Assembly: GCF_037042905.1 (NCBI RefSeq)
Contig: NC_087251.1
Coordinates: forward strand, 42,906,001-42,970,000
Direction of reading: 5' to 3'
Origin: Lytechinus pictus
Lineage: Eukaryota
DNA: 64,000 bases
The position numbers and the translations under genes were made by a program. Of this stretch, positions 13,901-23,932 are shown piece after piece. Position 1 is the first letter of the stretch. The number at the start of each line of letters is the position of its first letter. Below the pieces are notes generated by a model. The model did not search any database, had not been told where the DNA came from, and was given only the letters and a program-made list of their open reading frames with translations.

Positions 13901-16900
13901 AAGATATTTGAAAATACTGAGTTTAATCTGAAAAAAATAGAAGTGTGTTTAAATGTTAATTCTTGATATGTTTATCATTCAGACATGATCAGGAGAAGAA
14001 ATTTGAGGACGAGAGCCATCAAAATGCTGGTCCTGGACGAAGCAGATGAAATGTTGAACAAAGGTAACATGATAATAATTACGTTTTTAATAAGAAACTT
14101 TCTATGAATGTTATAATTTACATAGGTCTCTCTATTCATCATGTTTTGATCTTGTTTGATATGTGAAAGAAAAGATGCTGAACAAAGGTAAAAAATAATC
14201 GAGTCTTTCATGAGCTTTATAATTCATGTTTAAGTCTTTAAGTGTGGAAAATGCTGAAGATATCCATATTTTAGTATCTTAATACTGAATAGTTATGAGT
14301 ATTATTAATATTACCATCATTGCAGGAGCTGGTACAGGGTACTGTTTAGACCAACATGTTAACCTCCTCTAGAAATCAATTTGAATGGATATAGAGTACC
14401 AAAGTGTGACGTCATCAATTTTCACTTTTTGCATTTCAGCACTTCTTATACCATAATGAAAACCCCCCACTACCAGAATTTGGTGAGAATCGGTCCATGA
14501 GGCCCCAAGATATGACCATGAATACATAATTAGCCCCATTGAAGTCGATGTATTATTGGCCTGGTTCTAAAAGTTTGGAACCAGGTCAATAATACATTGA
14601 CTTCAATCGGGCTAATTATGGATTCATGAGGTCATATCTCAGGCCCCCATGTACCGATTCTCACCAAACTTTGGTAGTGGGGTTTTTTCATCATACTCTA
14701 CCAAATGCTGAAATGCTAAACAAGTTTTTTGTGACGTCATCACTTTGGTACTCTATACCACACTTATCTCCCATACAAGTCATATTTGTAATGAACAAGA
14801 TGGATTAGAATATACATCAAGGCATATAAAAAAAAATTCAGAGCAGTGACTTCCACGCAGGGAATCTTCGAATGGCTTATCTCATTTCTCACATGTCACC
14901 ATAGACAAAACAATGGGAATCGAATGCGGGAAAAGCCGCTGTGAAAAGATGCATAGGGTTTATACAGCGCGCGACACTGGCACTGGTCCGACGGTCCCAG
15001 ACCAGTAAAAAAAAATGCTGTCGGGCGAGTAACTTTTCAGAAAAAGCCAGACTTGCTGGTCCGACATGACCAGTAAGTTTAAATCTATCTGATACAAAAT
15101 ATATTTTCTTCTCTTTTGTAAATTATAAAAATGGCTCTGGCGTCTCAAAAAATGGCTCTCATGAATTATGTTGTGTGTGTGTATTTTTTTTTTTTGGGGG
15201 GGGGGTAACAATAAGCAATAAAAGAAAGCAAAGTAAACTCAAGTCTTTTTATATTTTTCTTTATTTCTTGGGACCAGTCAATTTTAGGTTCGGTCAAGTA
15301 AAAAATGGAAAACTGGGTATGTACTGGTCCGACATGATCAGGTCGGGCCAGTAGAAAAAAAGGGTTAGTGTGGAGCCCTGGTTTATAGCAGGATTCCTGT
15401 GAAGAGAAACAATACAGAGTTTTGACAAGATGCCTAAAGGTGCACCGTTGCTATTGCTATGACAAATTGGGTAACTTTTGTAGCTGAGGTTCACTTTACC
15501 CAGAGTGTTGTTGCCTAGTACATGAGTCTTTGAACTTTGAAACAGGTTTGTGGGTTCAAATCCCGGCCATGGCGTAATTTCCTTCAGCAAGACGTTGATT
15601 CACAATGTGCTGCATTCAACCCAGGTGTGTTAGATGGTACCGGCAGGAGGGAAGTTCTCAAAAAGCGCCGGAATCGTTAGCCAACCTTAGCCAGGGTAGT
15701 ATAGAAGCGCCTTGCGCGCCTCTCAAAGGGGATAAGTGTGCTATATAAATACCTTATTTGTACACAATTTCTGGTTTTCACCCACTAAATAATATCTGAC
15801 ATGATCTTATTAAATGGGTGAAAGCCAGAAATTGCATTCATGTATTGAAACTTCCCCAGCAAGCCTTCAACATCATTATTATTGTTGTTGTCATTGTCTT
15901 CTCTTATGATCTCATATTGTATTTGACAGGCTTCAAGGAACAGATCTATGATGTGTACAGGTACCTTCCTCCTGCAACCCAAGTAGTACTCTTCAGTGCC
16001 ACATTACCGCACGAGATCTTGGAAATGACCAGCAAATTCATGACAGATCCAATCAGAATCCTGGTCAAACGGTAAGTATGGCCAGGGCCCTGTCTTACAA
16101 AGAATTATGATTGATCTGATCAACCGAAACTATGGCAAGCCAGCAACACCATAAATGCATGTTTGCTCAAAATGTTTTCTAGATATATTGTATATTCATA
16201 CATTCATTGTTGTCTTGACAATTCAGTGTGCTCATTGTTTATAAATGTACATTTTGCTAATTTCTTGTAGGAAAAATTATGATATTGATGGGTTCATGTA
16301 TATATAAATCCTGACTGTCAGTCCTGAACAAGGTACTTGATCTAGATCCAGACTATGGGCTCATTTCATAAAGACTTTTCCATTATTGTAACTACCATGG
16401 TAACAGCATTCAACAACCAATCACAATAAAGGATTCTATGGAAGTCACAATAGTTGTAAGTATTTATGAAACAGGCCTCATATTTTTAAGGAAATTATAG
16501 GTCCAGAATAACGACAGGCATGTTGTAGAAGTGAAAGTGGATTTTGAATTTTTCATGGTTTATTAAATAATTTCATATATTGCATTGCCAATGTTTCTCA
16601 CAGTGATGAATTGACCTTGGAGGGTATCAAGCAGTTCTTTGTTGCCGTGGAGAGGGAAGAATGGAAGTTTGACACGTTGTGTGACCTCTACGATACACTC
16701 ACCATCACACAGGCTGTCATCTTCTGCAACACAAAGAGGAAGGTAAGAGATTTCACTCAAAAGAATATCTCAAAAATAACCCTTTTATTACCAAGTTATT
16801 CTTTTGTTTGGTGAATTTTATTGAATTTGATTCAATTGAAAATAAACGTTTGCGGGACTAGGAAACATTTAATGGAACAATAGTACTCTCAAAGAGATTA

Positions 16901-19866
16901 GGGTACATATTTTAGAAGCATTTTTATTATCCACCTTTCCTGGGTTCAGTGTCGGGGCTTTAGTTAATATAAGATATAGGGTTAGGGTTTCTATATGGTT
17001 TTATTTTAGGGTTAGATTTAGGATAGGGTATAGTGTTAAATCCAGGGTTGCAGTTTGTCATTGTGGAATTTACAGTGGAGCAATTGTCACTAGATCAAAT
17101 TTCATGGAACCTCCTTTTTAGATTAATTCCACACTGTACACCCGTTTTCTGCCTTCTATCAAAGAGAGCTTCCAATAAATAAGTCACTTCTGTTGGAAAG
17201 AAATATGTAGAGATAATAGGCTTCCCTTATTTCCTATAATTATGTCTTAATCAAACATGTTTTGCTTATCTTGTTGATCTTTGTTTCCTGTTTATTGGTT
17301 ATTTATTGTATTGCGTATGCATAGTTGAGTATATCCATTTAGAAATTGTGCAATATTAATTGACAATTATCATTTATCATTATTCTATTGTGAATTGAAA
17401 AGCCCTGTATTGATGATACCAATGCAATCAGAATATCATTTCATTTTCCTTTGTTTCATTAGGTTGACTGGTTGACTGAAAAGATGCGGGAAGCGAACTT
17501 CACGGTGTCGTCCATGCATGGCGACATGCCACAGAAAGAGAGAGAAGCCATCATGAAGGAATTTAGATCAGGGGCTAGGTGAGACAACCAGGAGCCCCTT
17601 TTCAGACTTACAACTATTGTAGCACTATTATTATTGTATATACCATGAAAATCCTGTTTTGTGATTGGCTGCTGAGCCCTGTTACCGTGGCAGTTGCCAC
17701 AATGACAACGTTAAAATAGTCGACTTCTTCATGAGATGAGACCCAGGACTATAAGTATTTTGGCTTGGATAAACTTGTCTTCATTTGTTCTAAATTCTAA
17801 ACAGATTATTCATTTAATGATGCTTAAGTTCTGTTGTTAAAAGAAATAAGAATACTAGTCGACATCTTCCTCTCGATTTTGATTTGCCGCTCTTCTGAGA
17901 TAAGGGATTAAATCGTGGTCGGTAATGTAGTTCAGTTGATTACGTATTGGGATGAAATCTAGGTTGTTGATTTGCAGGTGATGGGCATGGACATCATTAT
18001 TTACTGTGTGAAACGATCGATGTCCAAACTGTAATTGTATGGCATGTTTGTCTCCTAGTTCCTGGAATATGAGGCAACAAATACATTGATGTATTTTCCC
18101 TTGTTAACTACATGCCTGCTCGGTCAAAAGGCTCATGACGATCTAGTTCAATTAAAACAGTATACCTACCGTACTTTCATGATATGAATATAGAATTTCC
18201 AAAAATTAAAAATAGTACAGTACAGTCACGAAATGCAGAGCTCAGCCATCTAACTCAGAAAATCAAGATTATCTTTTACAGTTCTCTGACAATGCATATC
18301 CTCTAGCTGTGTTGAATATAACAATGCTTTCTTCTCTACTTCAATGCAGTCGTGTCCTTATCACTACCGATGTATGGGCCAGAGGTCTAGATGTTCAGCA
18401 AGTGTCCTTGGTTATCAACTATGATCTGCCAAACAACCGTGAACTCTACATCCACAGGTAATGTCACATGACACTCCTTGCGTTTTATAAAACGTGTATA
18501 CTTGTACATGCAAACTTCGCCTTTATTTTGACGTAATTCATTCTTGTTTATCCCAAGATATTGGTTGATCACAGTGTACCAAAGGTTGTTTCTATTTTCA
18601 ATTTATTTACAAACATACTTTAAACACTTCATTTTCCTGGGACCTCATTTTAAGATCGGGATTTATCATTCAGTTGGATTTATCTTTACTTTTTCAATGC
18701 TTTTCAAGTATTAGCACCAGTGAGAGTTCATTATGGAATGTCAAGCTAGGATTGACTTGCGTTTTCCATTTTCAATCAAACATGCAATGAATAGTGAGAT
18801 TTTTTGTGGGGAGAAAACGAGCGTGAAATATATTGGGGTGTCGGGTTGTCATATTCTTTGTAGCACTTTGTGGGTTAGTACTGTCGAGGTGGGCATTTGA
18901 AGTTAGCTGATTGTGTTTTCATAAAAACCACGTTTATTTCAAGATTGGTCGTTCGGGTCGTTACGGACGTAAAGGTGTTGCTATCAACTTTGTGAAGAGT
19001 GATGACATCAGGATTCTGCGTGACATAGAGAAAACGAGCATGAAATATATTGGGGTGTCAGGTTGTCATATTCTTTGTAGCACTTTGTGGGTTAGTACTG
19101 TAGAGGTGGGCATTTGAAGGTAGCTAATTGTGTTTTCATAAAAACCACGTTTATTTCAGGATTGGTCGTTCGGGTCGTTACGGACGTAAAGGTGTTGCTA
19201 TTAACTTTGTGAAGAGTGATGACATCAGGATTCTGCGTGACATAGAGCAGTATTACAGCACACAGATTGATGAAATGCCCATGAATGGTAAGAAAAATCT
19301 GACAAAGACATTTCATCCCCCCAAAAAAGAGAAGAAATTTGATTATTTTTAATAAGGTTAAAGGTGACAGTCTAACTTCAGTGGTAAAATGATACAGAAT
19401 TCCTTATTTATTAAAAACATGGTGCAATAATTTTCACATGCTACCACTGCAATAATTTTCTTTTTTTTAAAGGTATGACGAGGGGAGGGGGCATGTCAAA
19501 TTTGTAAAATGTGGCTCAGTTCTTTGATGAATGTTCTCTTAAGAGATGCAAGAATTGTTTTGATAATGCATCTATTAGCATTGCTGCATTTAGTTTCTTT
19601 AATGATATACCAGTATGGTTCCCATTAAAAAAAAACATATTATGCAACTTTAGGAATTTTTGTTTACTGTTCTTATGTCAATGTTATGCTGATCAATCCA
19701 AGTTTCTTGTAATTTCATTTATGTTCCCCCTTTCTGACACAATCTCTGAAAGATAAGGTTAAGCGTTGAAATTATTTCAATTTAAGGGCATGTATGAAGT
19801 GTTAATGTTGTATGTTATATCAATAATATAAATGTTCTTTTATTTGCAGTTGCTGATCTCATCTAG
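7862..19866 (+). CDS. EIF4A3: Eukaryotic initiation factor 4A-III (DDX48), EJC core DEAD-box RNA helicase; 12 coding exons, 398 aa
   Basis: Exons 7862-7991, 10654-10726, 11274-11340, 12061-12123, 12546-12678, 13983-14063, 15930-16071, 16604-16742, 17463-17578, 18350-18457, 19160-19287, 19850-19866 are all GT-AG, phase-consistent and total 1197 nt. Motifs: Q (GFEKPSAIQ), I (AQSGTGKT), Ia (PTRELA), Ib (TPGRVFD), II (DEAD), III (SAT), VI ([13 protein letters not shown]). [10 protein letters not shown] and the [18 protein letters not shown] end are eIF4A3-type rather than eIF4A1/2. Confidence 0.97.
8290..8778. mobile_element. MITE with CCCGG(G)nTACTC...GAGTG(C)n termini in EIF4A3 intron 1
   Basis: Terminal inverted poly-G/poly-C; an inverted partial copy lies at ~9315-9444. 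Confidence 0.7.
8843..9251. mobile_element. CAGTAGAGGCGC-terminus MITE
   Basis: Imperfect TIRs; flanks ATCAA/ATCGA; same family as 47277-47746. Confidence 0.7.
10654..10726 (+). CDS. EIF4A3: EIF4A3 exon 2 ([24 protein letters not shown])
   Basis: CAG acceptor, GTAAGT donor, Q motif. Confidence 0.95.
11274..11340 (+). CDS. EIF4A3: EIF4A3 exon 3 ([23 protein letters not shown])
   Basis: CAG acceptor, GTTAGA donor, Walker A. Confidence 0.95.
11500..11713. mobile_element. MITE with TAGGGACAGTGATTTTCCGTTT TIRs
   Basis: ~22-bp near-perfect terminal inverted repeats. Confidence 0.7.
12061..12123 (+). CDS. EIF4A3: EIF4A3 exon 4 ([21 protein letters not shown])
   Basis: CAG acceptor, GTGAGT donor, motif Ia. 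Confidence 0.95.
12229..12487 (+). mobile_element. tRNA-derived SINE
   Basis: A-box TGGTCTAGTGG, B-box GGTTCGAATCC, shared core TGCACTC.ACCCA.GTGAGG..ATGGGTACC. Confidence 0.75.
12546..12678 (+). CDS. EIF4A3: EIF4A3 exon 5 ([44 protein letters not shown])
   Basis: CAG acceptor, GTAAGA donor, GG and Ib motifs. Confidence 0.95.
13983..14063 (+). CDS. EIF4A3: EIF4A3 exon 6 ([27 protein letters not shown])
   Basis: CAG acceptor, GTAACA donor, DEAD box. Confidence 0.95.
14391..14757. mobile_element. MITE with TATAGAGTACCAAAGTG TIRs and long internal inverted repeat
   Basis: TIRs at both ends; internal palindrome ~14495-14650; short derivative at 31386-31476. Confidence 0.7.
15500..15757 (+). 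mobile_element. tRNA-derived SINE (degenerate)
   Basis: GGTTCAAATCCC B-box and the same core as other copies. Confidence 0.7.
15930..16071 (+). CDS. EIF4A3: EIF4A3 exon 7 ([47 protein letters not shown])
   Basis: CAG acceptor, GTAAGT donor, SAT motif. Confidence 0.95.
16604..16742 (+). CDS. EIF4A3: EIF4A3 exon 8 ([47 protein letters not shown])
   Basis: CAG acceptor, GTAAGA donor, motif IV. Confidence 0.95.
17463..17578 (+). CDS. EIF4A3: EIF4A3 exon 9 ([38 protein letters not shown])
   Basis: TAG acceptor, GTGAGA donor. Confidence 0.95.
18350..18457 (+). CDS. EIF4A3: EIF4A3 exon 10 ([36 protein letters not shown])
   Basis: CAG acceptor, GTAATG donor, motif V. Confidence 0.95.
18811..19247 (+). 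repeat. 217-bp tandem duplication of the intron 10/exon 11 boundary of EIF4A3 (partial pseudo-exon at ~18943-19030)
   Basis: Units start at 18811 and 19028 with a GAG microhomology at the junction; 7 substitutions by eye, including acceptor CAG|G changed to CAA|G in the upstream copy. Confidence 0.93.
19160..19287 (+). CDS. EIF4A3: EIF4A3 exon 11 ([43 protein letters not shown])
   Basis: CAG acceptor, GTAAGA donor, motif VI; this is the complete second copy of a local duplication. Confidence 0.93.
19850..19866 (+). CDS. EIF4A3: EIF4A3 exon 12 (VADLI-stop)
   Basis: TTTATTTGCAG acceptor; canonical eIF4A C-terminus; TAG 19864-19866. Confidence 0.9.
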
Positions 19867-19927
19867 ACTGGAAAGGTGCTACAGAGATGATTTACCTTCG
19901 TGATCCATTGCGTCATCAGTAGTCCAT

Positions 19928-20168
19928 GCGCCCATTCCATGAATCTTTCTATTGTATTCACCGTGCTATCGGTGGTAACTACTATGGTAACGGGGCTCAG
20001 CAGCCAATCAGAAGCAAGGTTGCCATGGTGACAGGGCTCAGCAGCCAATCACAATCAAGGTTGCCATGGTAACAGGGCTCAGCAGCCAATCAGAATCAAG
20101 GTTGCCGGGGTAGTCACCATGATAGCACAGTTAAATATAAGAGTAAGTTTTCATGCAACAGGACCCAG
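19928..20168. mobile_element. MITE with internal 41-bp tandem repeat (X-box + CCAAT) in the EIF4A3 3' UTR
   Basis: Degenerate TIRs; related copies with a single module at ~16357-16478 and ~17590-17747 (reverse). Confidence 0.6.
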
Positions 20169-21301
20169 GCTAGTTCCACACAGGTGGTGCCCACTGCAAA
20201 ATTGATCATTGAATCAAAGGAATTGTCCTCTTTGATTGTCCCATAATTCAATTACATTCAATTCATTCTGTTCTTGTCTCCTCCGATACTGTTTCTGTCA
20301 TTATTATTGGTACAGTCCTACCAGTGAAACCGGCACCAAACAGACGGACCGATGATGGGTCATCGAAAGTAATGTTATCGCTTTGGTCAGGCTGGGGTTT
20401 GTTTTTGCCGGTCTATCTGTGGCGTAAGGTTAGCATTATTCTGTCATAACTCTTGAGTTCTTTGTTCAACTATAACCTATATCAGTGCTCTTGCTGTATG
20501 TGGCATTCTGTCACATTTAGATCATATTCAATAATTTTTAGTATTCCACACATAAAAATGAGATATTGATATATTTCATCTGCTCAAGGCCAGCAATATT
20601 GGGAATAATGTTGCTCGGCAGACAGCATTTTAGGAAAATAAAGGAAGAGATACAAAGTTAAAGGTCTATTCAATTTCTATTTCAATCCGTCATTGGTAGA
20701 TTTGCATGTGATGGAGGATAGGACGATTAAATATTCAGTGCATTTAAGTCACAGAACTAGCATTTTGCTCTGTATACCATGTAGGTCAATTAATAGATAA
20801 AAACTGTACAGTGTTGTATATATATTTTTACTATTTTATCTGTGGTTGAAGATGTAATAAGTTATCTTGTTTCAAGAAGTTTGTCATTGAAAGGTAACAT
20901 ATATCCCAGGTAAATCTAAACTATCAAACATTTCAGAAAATTATCTTTGTCAACTTTTTTTTATTTTGTGTGACCCTACAAACTTTTCTGATTCAGAAAC
21001 ATTTTCAGAAACAAGAAAGTCAGTGAAAAAAAAGTTATATATATGCTATTTGTATATATTTTAAAGCATAGAAATTATGATTTGTTTATCTTTAGCAATG
21101 AATGGGTGTTTTGCTGACAGTATACAAGCTCATTACAAGGTTAAGTTAATATACCACTTCTAATTTTACAGAAAGGAAAACCACATCTAAAACAATCTTA
21201 GAGAGATGTTTCTGTGCTATTTTCAAATTGCATAGCAGGAGGGGGGGGGGATAAAAGTTACCCCCCCCCCTTTTTTTTCCCGGACCTTTGTCTGACTCAC
21301 A

Positions 21302-21617
21302 GGCCTGACTCACTCTGAAGTCGGTTTTAACTTAAACTCAGGTTTTAAAGTTGTGGTTTAAGTATGGACAGCCAATTGTTACATAATCACTAACAGTAGA
21401 GATATCATACTTTCAGCTCATTCGGCTCTCAAATCATTCATAATTGTGTAGGAAGTATAAATAGATGATTGTCTTCACCATCGATGAATCAGGACAGGGC
21501 ACAGTAAATATAAGAAACATACAACTTAATAAAAATTTTGATACTTTTGGCTTTCCATACTTAAACCACAACTTTAAACCTGAGTTTAAGTTAAACCCGA
21601 CTTCAGAATACGGGGCC
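21302..21617. mobile_element. MITE; second copy at ~28958-29250
   Basis: Long TIRs (TCTGAAGTCGG.TTTAACTTAAACTCAGG...); internal sequence closely similar to 28958-29250. Confidence 0.75.
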
Positions 21618-21933
21618 AAGGTGTCTAAAATATTACAATGGAGATTACAGACTACATCCTCAAATGTCTTATTGTTCCTGATCTGTTTGAATCTTAACCT
21701 TTTTATTAGACCCAGAAAAAGAGATATTTGTAATACACATCTAAGCATTGTGTCAATCGGAAAGTGTAGGATGGGATGTATTCAGTTTACATAGATGTTT
21801 TTACAAATATTGTTAAAATAGTTATGTAACATTCATTATATTGCTGCCGTTGCAATGAAAGGTTTCATGAGATTATGGATTTGATCAATATTTTGAATAC
21901 CCCCTGTCAGTAGAATTTTGTTTTCTTTTGTAC

Positions 21934-21939
21934 AATAAA
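21934..21939 (+). terminator. Candidate poly(A) signal of EIF4A3
   Basis: AATAAA followed by a GT/T-rich tract ~2.1 kb after the stop; not confirmed. Confidence 0.35.
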
Positions 21940-22833
21940 ATGATTTAAAAGTATTTAACGAATGGTTTTCAGTGTCTCAGAATGTTTTGAGTGTTATAGA
22001 TGAAGTCGTGCAGATTGAAGTGAGATGATTCTAAGTGAATGTGGTCCGCACCTGTGTTGTGGAATGGCATTTGATTACAGCTCATATGGTTCATCTATGA
22101 ATAGTTCTCGAGACACCTTTTCTTATGAATACAGGTATATTGCCTGTTTTCAGGCTCTGACAATTTTCCATTTCATGCACTTACAGGCTTTATTTTGTAC
22201 AGTACACACAGGCCTTAACATGTTTTGGCTTTCCTTTTTTTCAGGCCCAATGGGTAAAACCGACTGTCATTTTGGATAGTTCATATAATAACCAGTTGCT
22301 CTAAAATATTCCCATTTTATATTTCATGTTTACCTGGGGCCGTTTTGTAATATGTATGTCTGGTTACATGTTCTTGTGCTTGATATATCGCTTTGTAGGT
22401 GGTTTGAACCTGAGAACATATTCCAGTCATGCTTAATTTTATGAACAACTTTATGACTCGCGATTTAGATGTAGGAACAATAAGACTGATTCATTGATCT
22501 AGTAAGATCAAATGATGTTTCAAGGTTTGCATGGTGTTATGAACAATCGCGGAAGTGGTTTACGGTACACCATGTGTAAAGTCCTGGAAGGACTGAGATA
22601 AAAGTGGATAGAGGTTGAAGTGGAGTGGAGGTTGGGAAGTAGAGTATTCTTTTCAGAATGAGTGTAGTCCTTAATAGGACTGTAAACCAGGAGTGAAAAG
22701 CTGAGTAGTAGGCAAGGGTGAGAGGCTTGAGTAGGAGGCTGGTTGGGTAGCAGAGGTGAGAGAGGCTTGAGTCGGCGAATGTAGATGTAGAGCAGGATCA
22801 GCAGGAGAGGAGACTCAACGTTTCGGCAGGTTG

Positions 22834-23396
22834 GAGACGGACAGGCAGAAGACAGACTGTCAACTCAAGACGGACAGTCAACTCCTGAAGACAGACTGTC
22901 AACTTCTGAAGACAGACAGTCAACTCCTGAAGACGGATAGGCTGAAGACAGACTGTCAACTCCTGAAGACGGACAGTCAACTCCTGAAGACAGACTGTCA
23001 ACTCCTGAAGACGGACAGTCAACTCCTGAAGACAGACTGTCAACTCCTGAAGACAGACTGTCAACTCCTGAAGACGGACAGTCAACTCCTAAAGACGGAC
23101 AGGCTGAAGACAGACTGTCAACTCCTGAAGACAGACTGTCAACTCCTGAAGACAGACTGTCAACTCCTGAAGACGGACAGTCAACTCCTAAAGACGAACA
23201 TGCTGAAGACAGACTGTCAACTCCTGAAGACGGACAGGCTGAAGGCAGACTGTCAACTCCTGAAGACGGATAGACTGAAGACAGACTGTCAACTCCTGAA
23301 GACGGACAATCAACTCTTGAAGACTGACAGTCAACTCTTGAAGACTGACAGTCAACTCCTGAAGACGGACAGTTAACTCCTAAAGACGGACAGGCT
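22834..23396 (+). repeat. Minisatellite, 21-bp unit GAAGAC(A/G)GAC(T/A)GTCAACTCCT with interspersed 15-bp variants, ~28 units
   Basis: Directly visible; explains the LLKTD(C/S)Q and LQELTV(C/R) ORFs. Confidence 0.95.
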
Positions 23397-23402
23397 TATC
23401 CT

Positions 23403-23932
23403 GGGGCGGTATTCTGAACATTGTCTTTTCTCCATATTTTATCTTTTCTCAGAGATATGACAGAATCGGTATTCTGGTGGATGTCATAACTTTTGTCACA
23501 AAAATTGTCATAAATTTCGTCTCTTCTCTTTAGCGCGCACCAAAAATACGCGGCTTTAAATGCGCATAATCCTTTTATACAAGCAAAAGATATGACAGGG
23601 GGGTAGCAGTCATAAATTTTGTCATATCTTTTAGTACCAAATATCCTGCCGACTGAATGTCAAGCATCAATATTCGCGTAGTTGCGCGATGCCAGCAACT
23701 GTATCGGGGATACGCCCTACCTATCACAGGGCTTTCCTATTGGCTAGAAGGGCTCCCACCGGGAACTAACGATGAATTTGATTGGTTTGCTTCCGAAAAA
23801 GATGGGCGGAAACTTTGAGAGATATGACAGGGAAAAGACAATGTTCAGAATACCGATTTGTGACAATCATAGCAGTGTCACATCTCGGAGAGAAATGACA
23901 AAATTTATGACAGTGTTCCAGAATACCACCCC
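23403..23932. mobile_element. GGGG-terminus MITE nested in the Penelope-like insertion
   Basis: TIRs GGGGCGGTATTCTGAACA / TGTTCCAGAATACCACCCC. Confidence 0.7.

Noticed and set aside
17810..17903. Possible intronic C/D snoRNA (ATGATGC...CTGA)
   Set aside because: Imperfect C box, weak terminal stem and no rRNA guide I could verify; needs snoscan or Infernal.
18911..19117. Mutually exclusive alternative exon 11 or second EIF4A3 gene
   Set aside because: The copy is truncated mid-exon, lacks its own donor and has a mutated acceptor.
22798..23376. 181-aa LLKTD(C/S)Q and 95-aa LQELTV(C/R) repeat ORFs
   Set aside because: By-products of 21/15-bp units (multiples of 3); no ATG start or splice context; inside a mobile insertion.
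22834..23396. CRISPR-like regular array
   Set aside because: No unique spacers, eukaryotic context, no cas genes.
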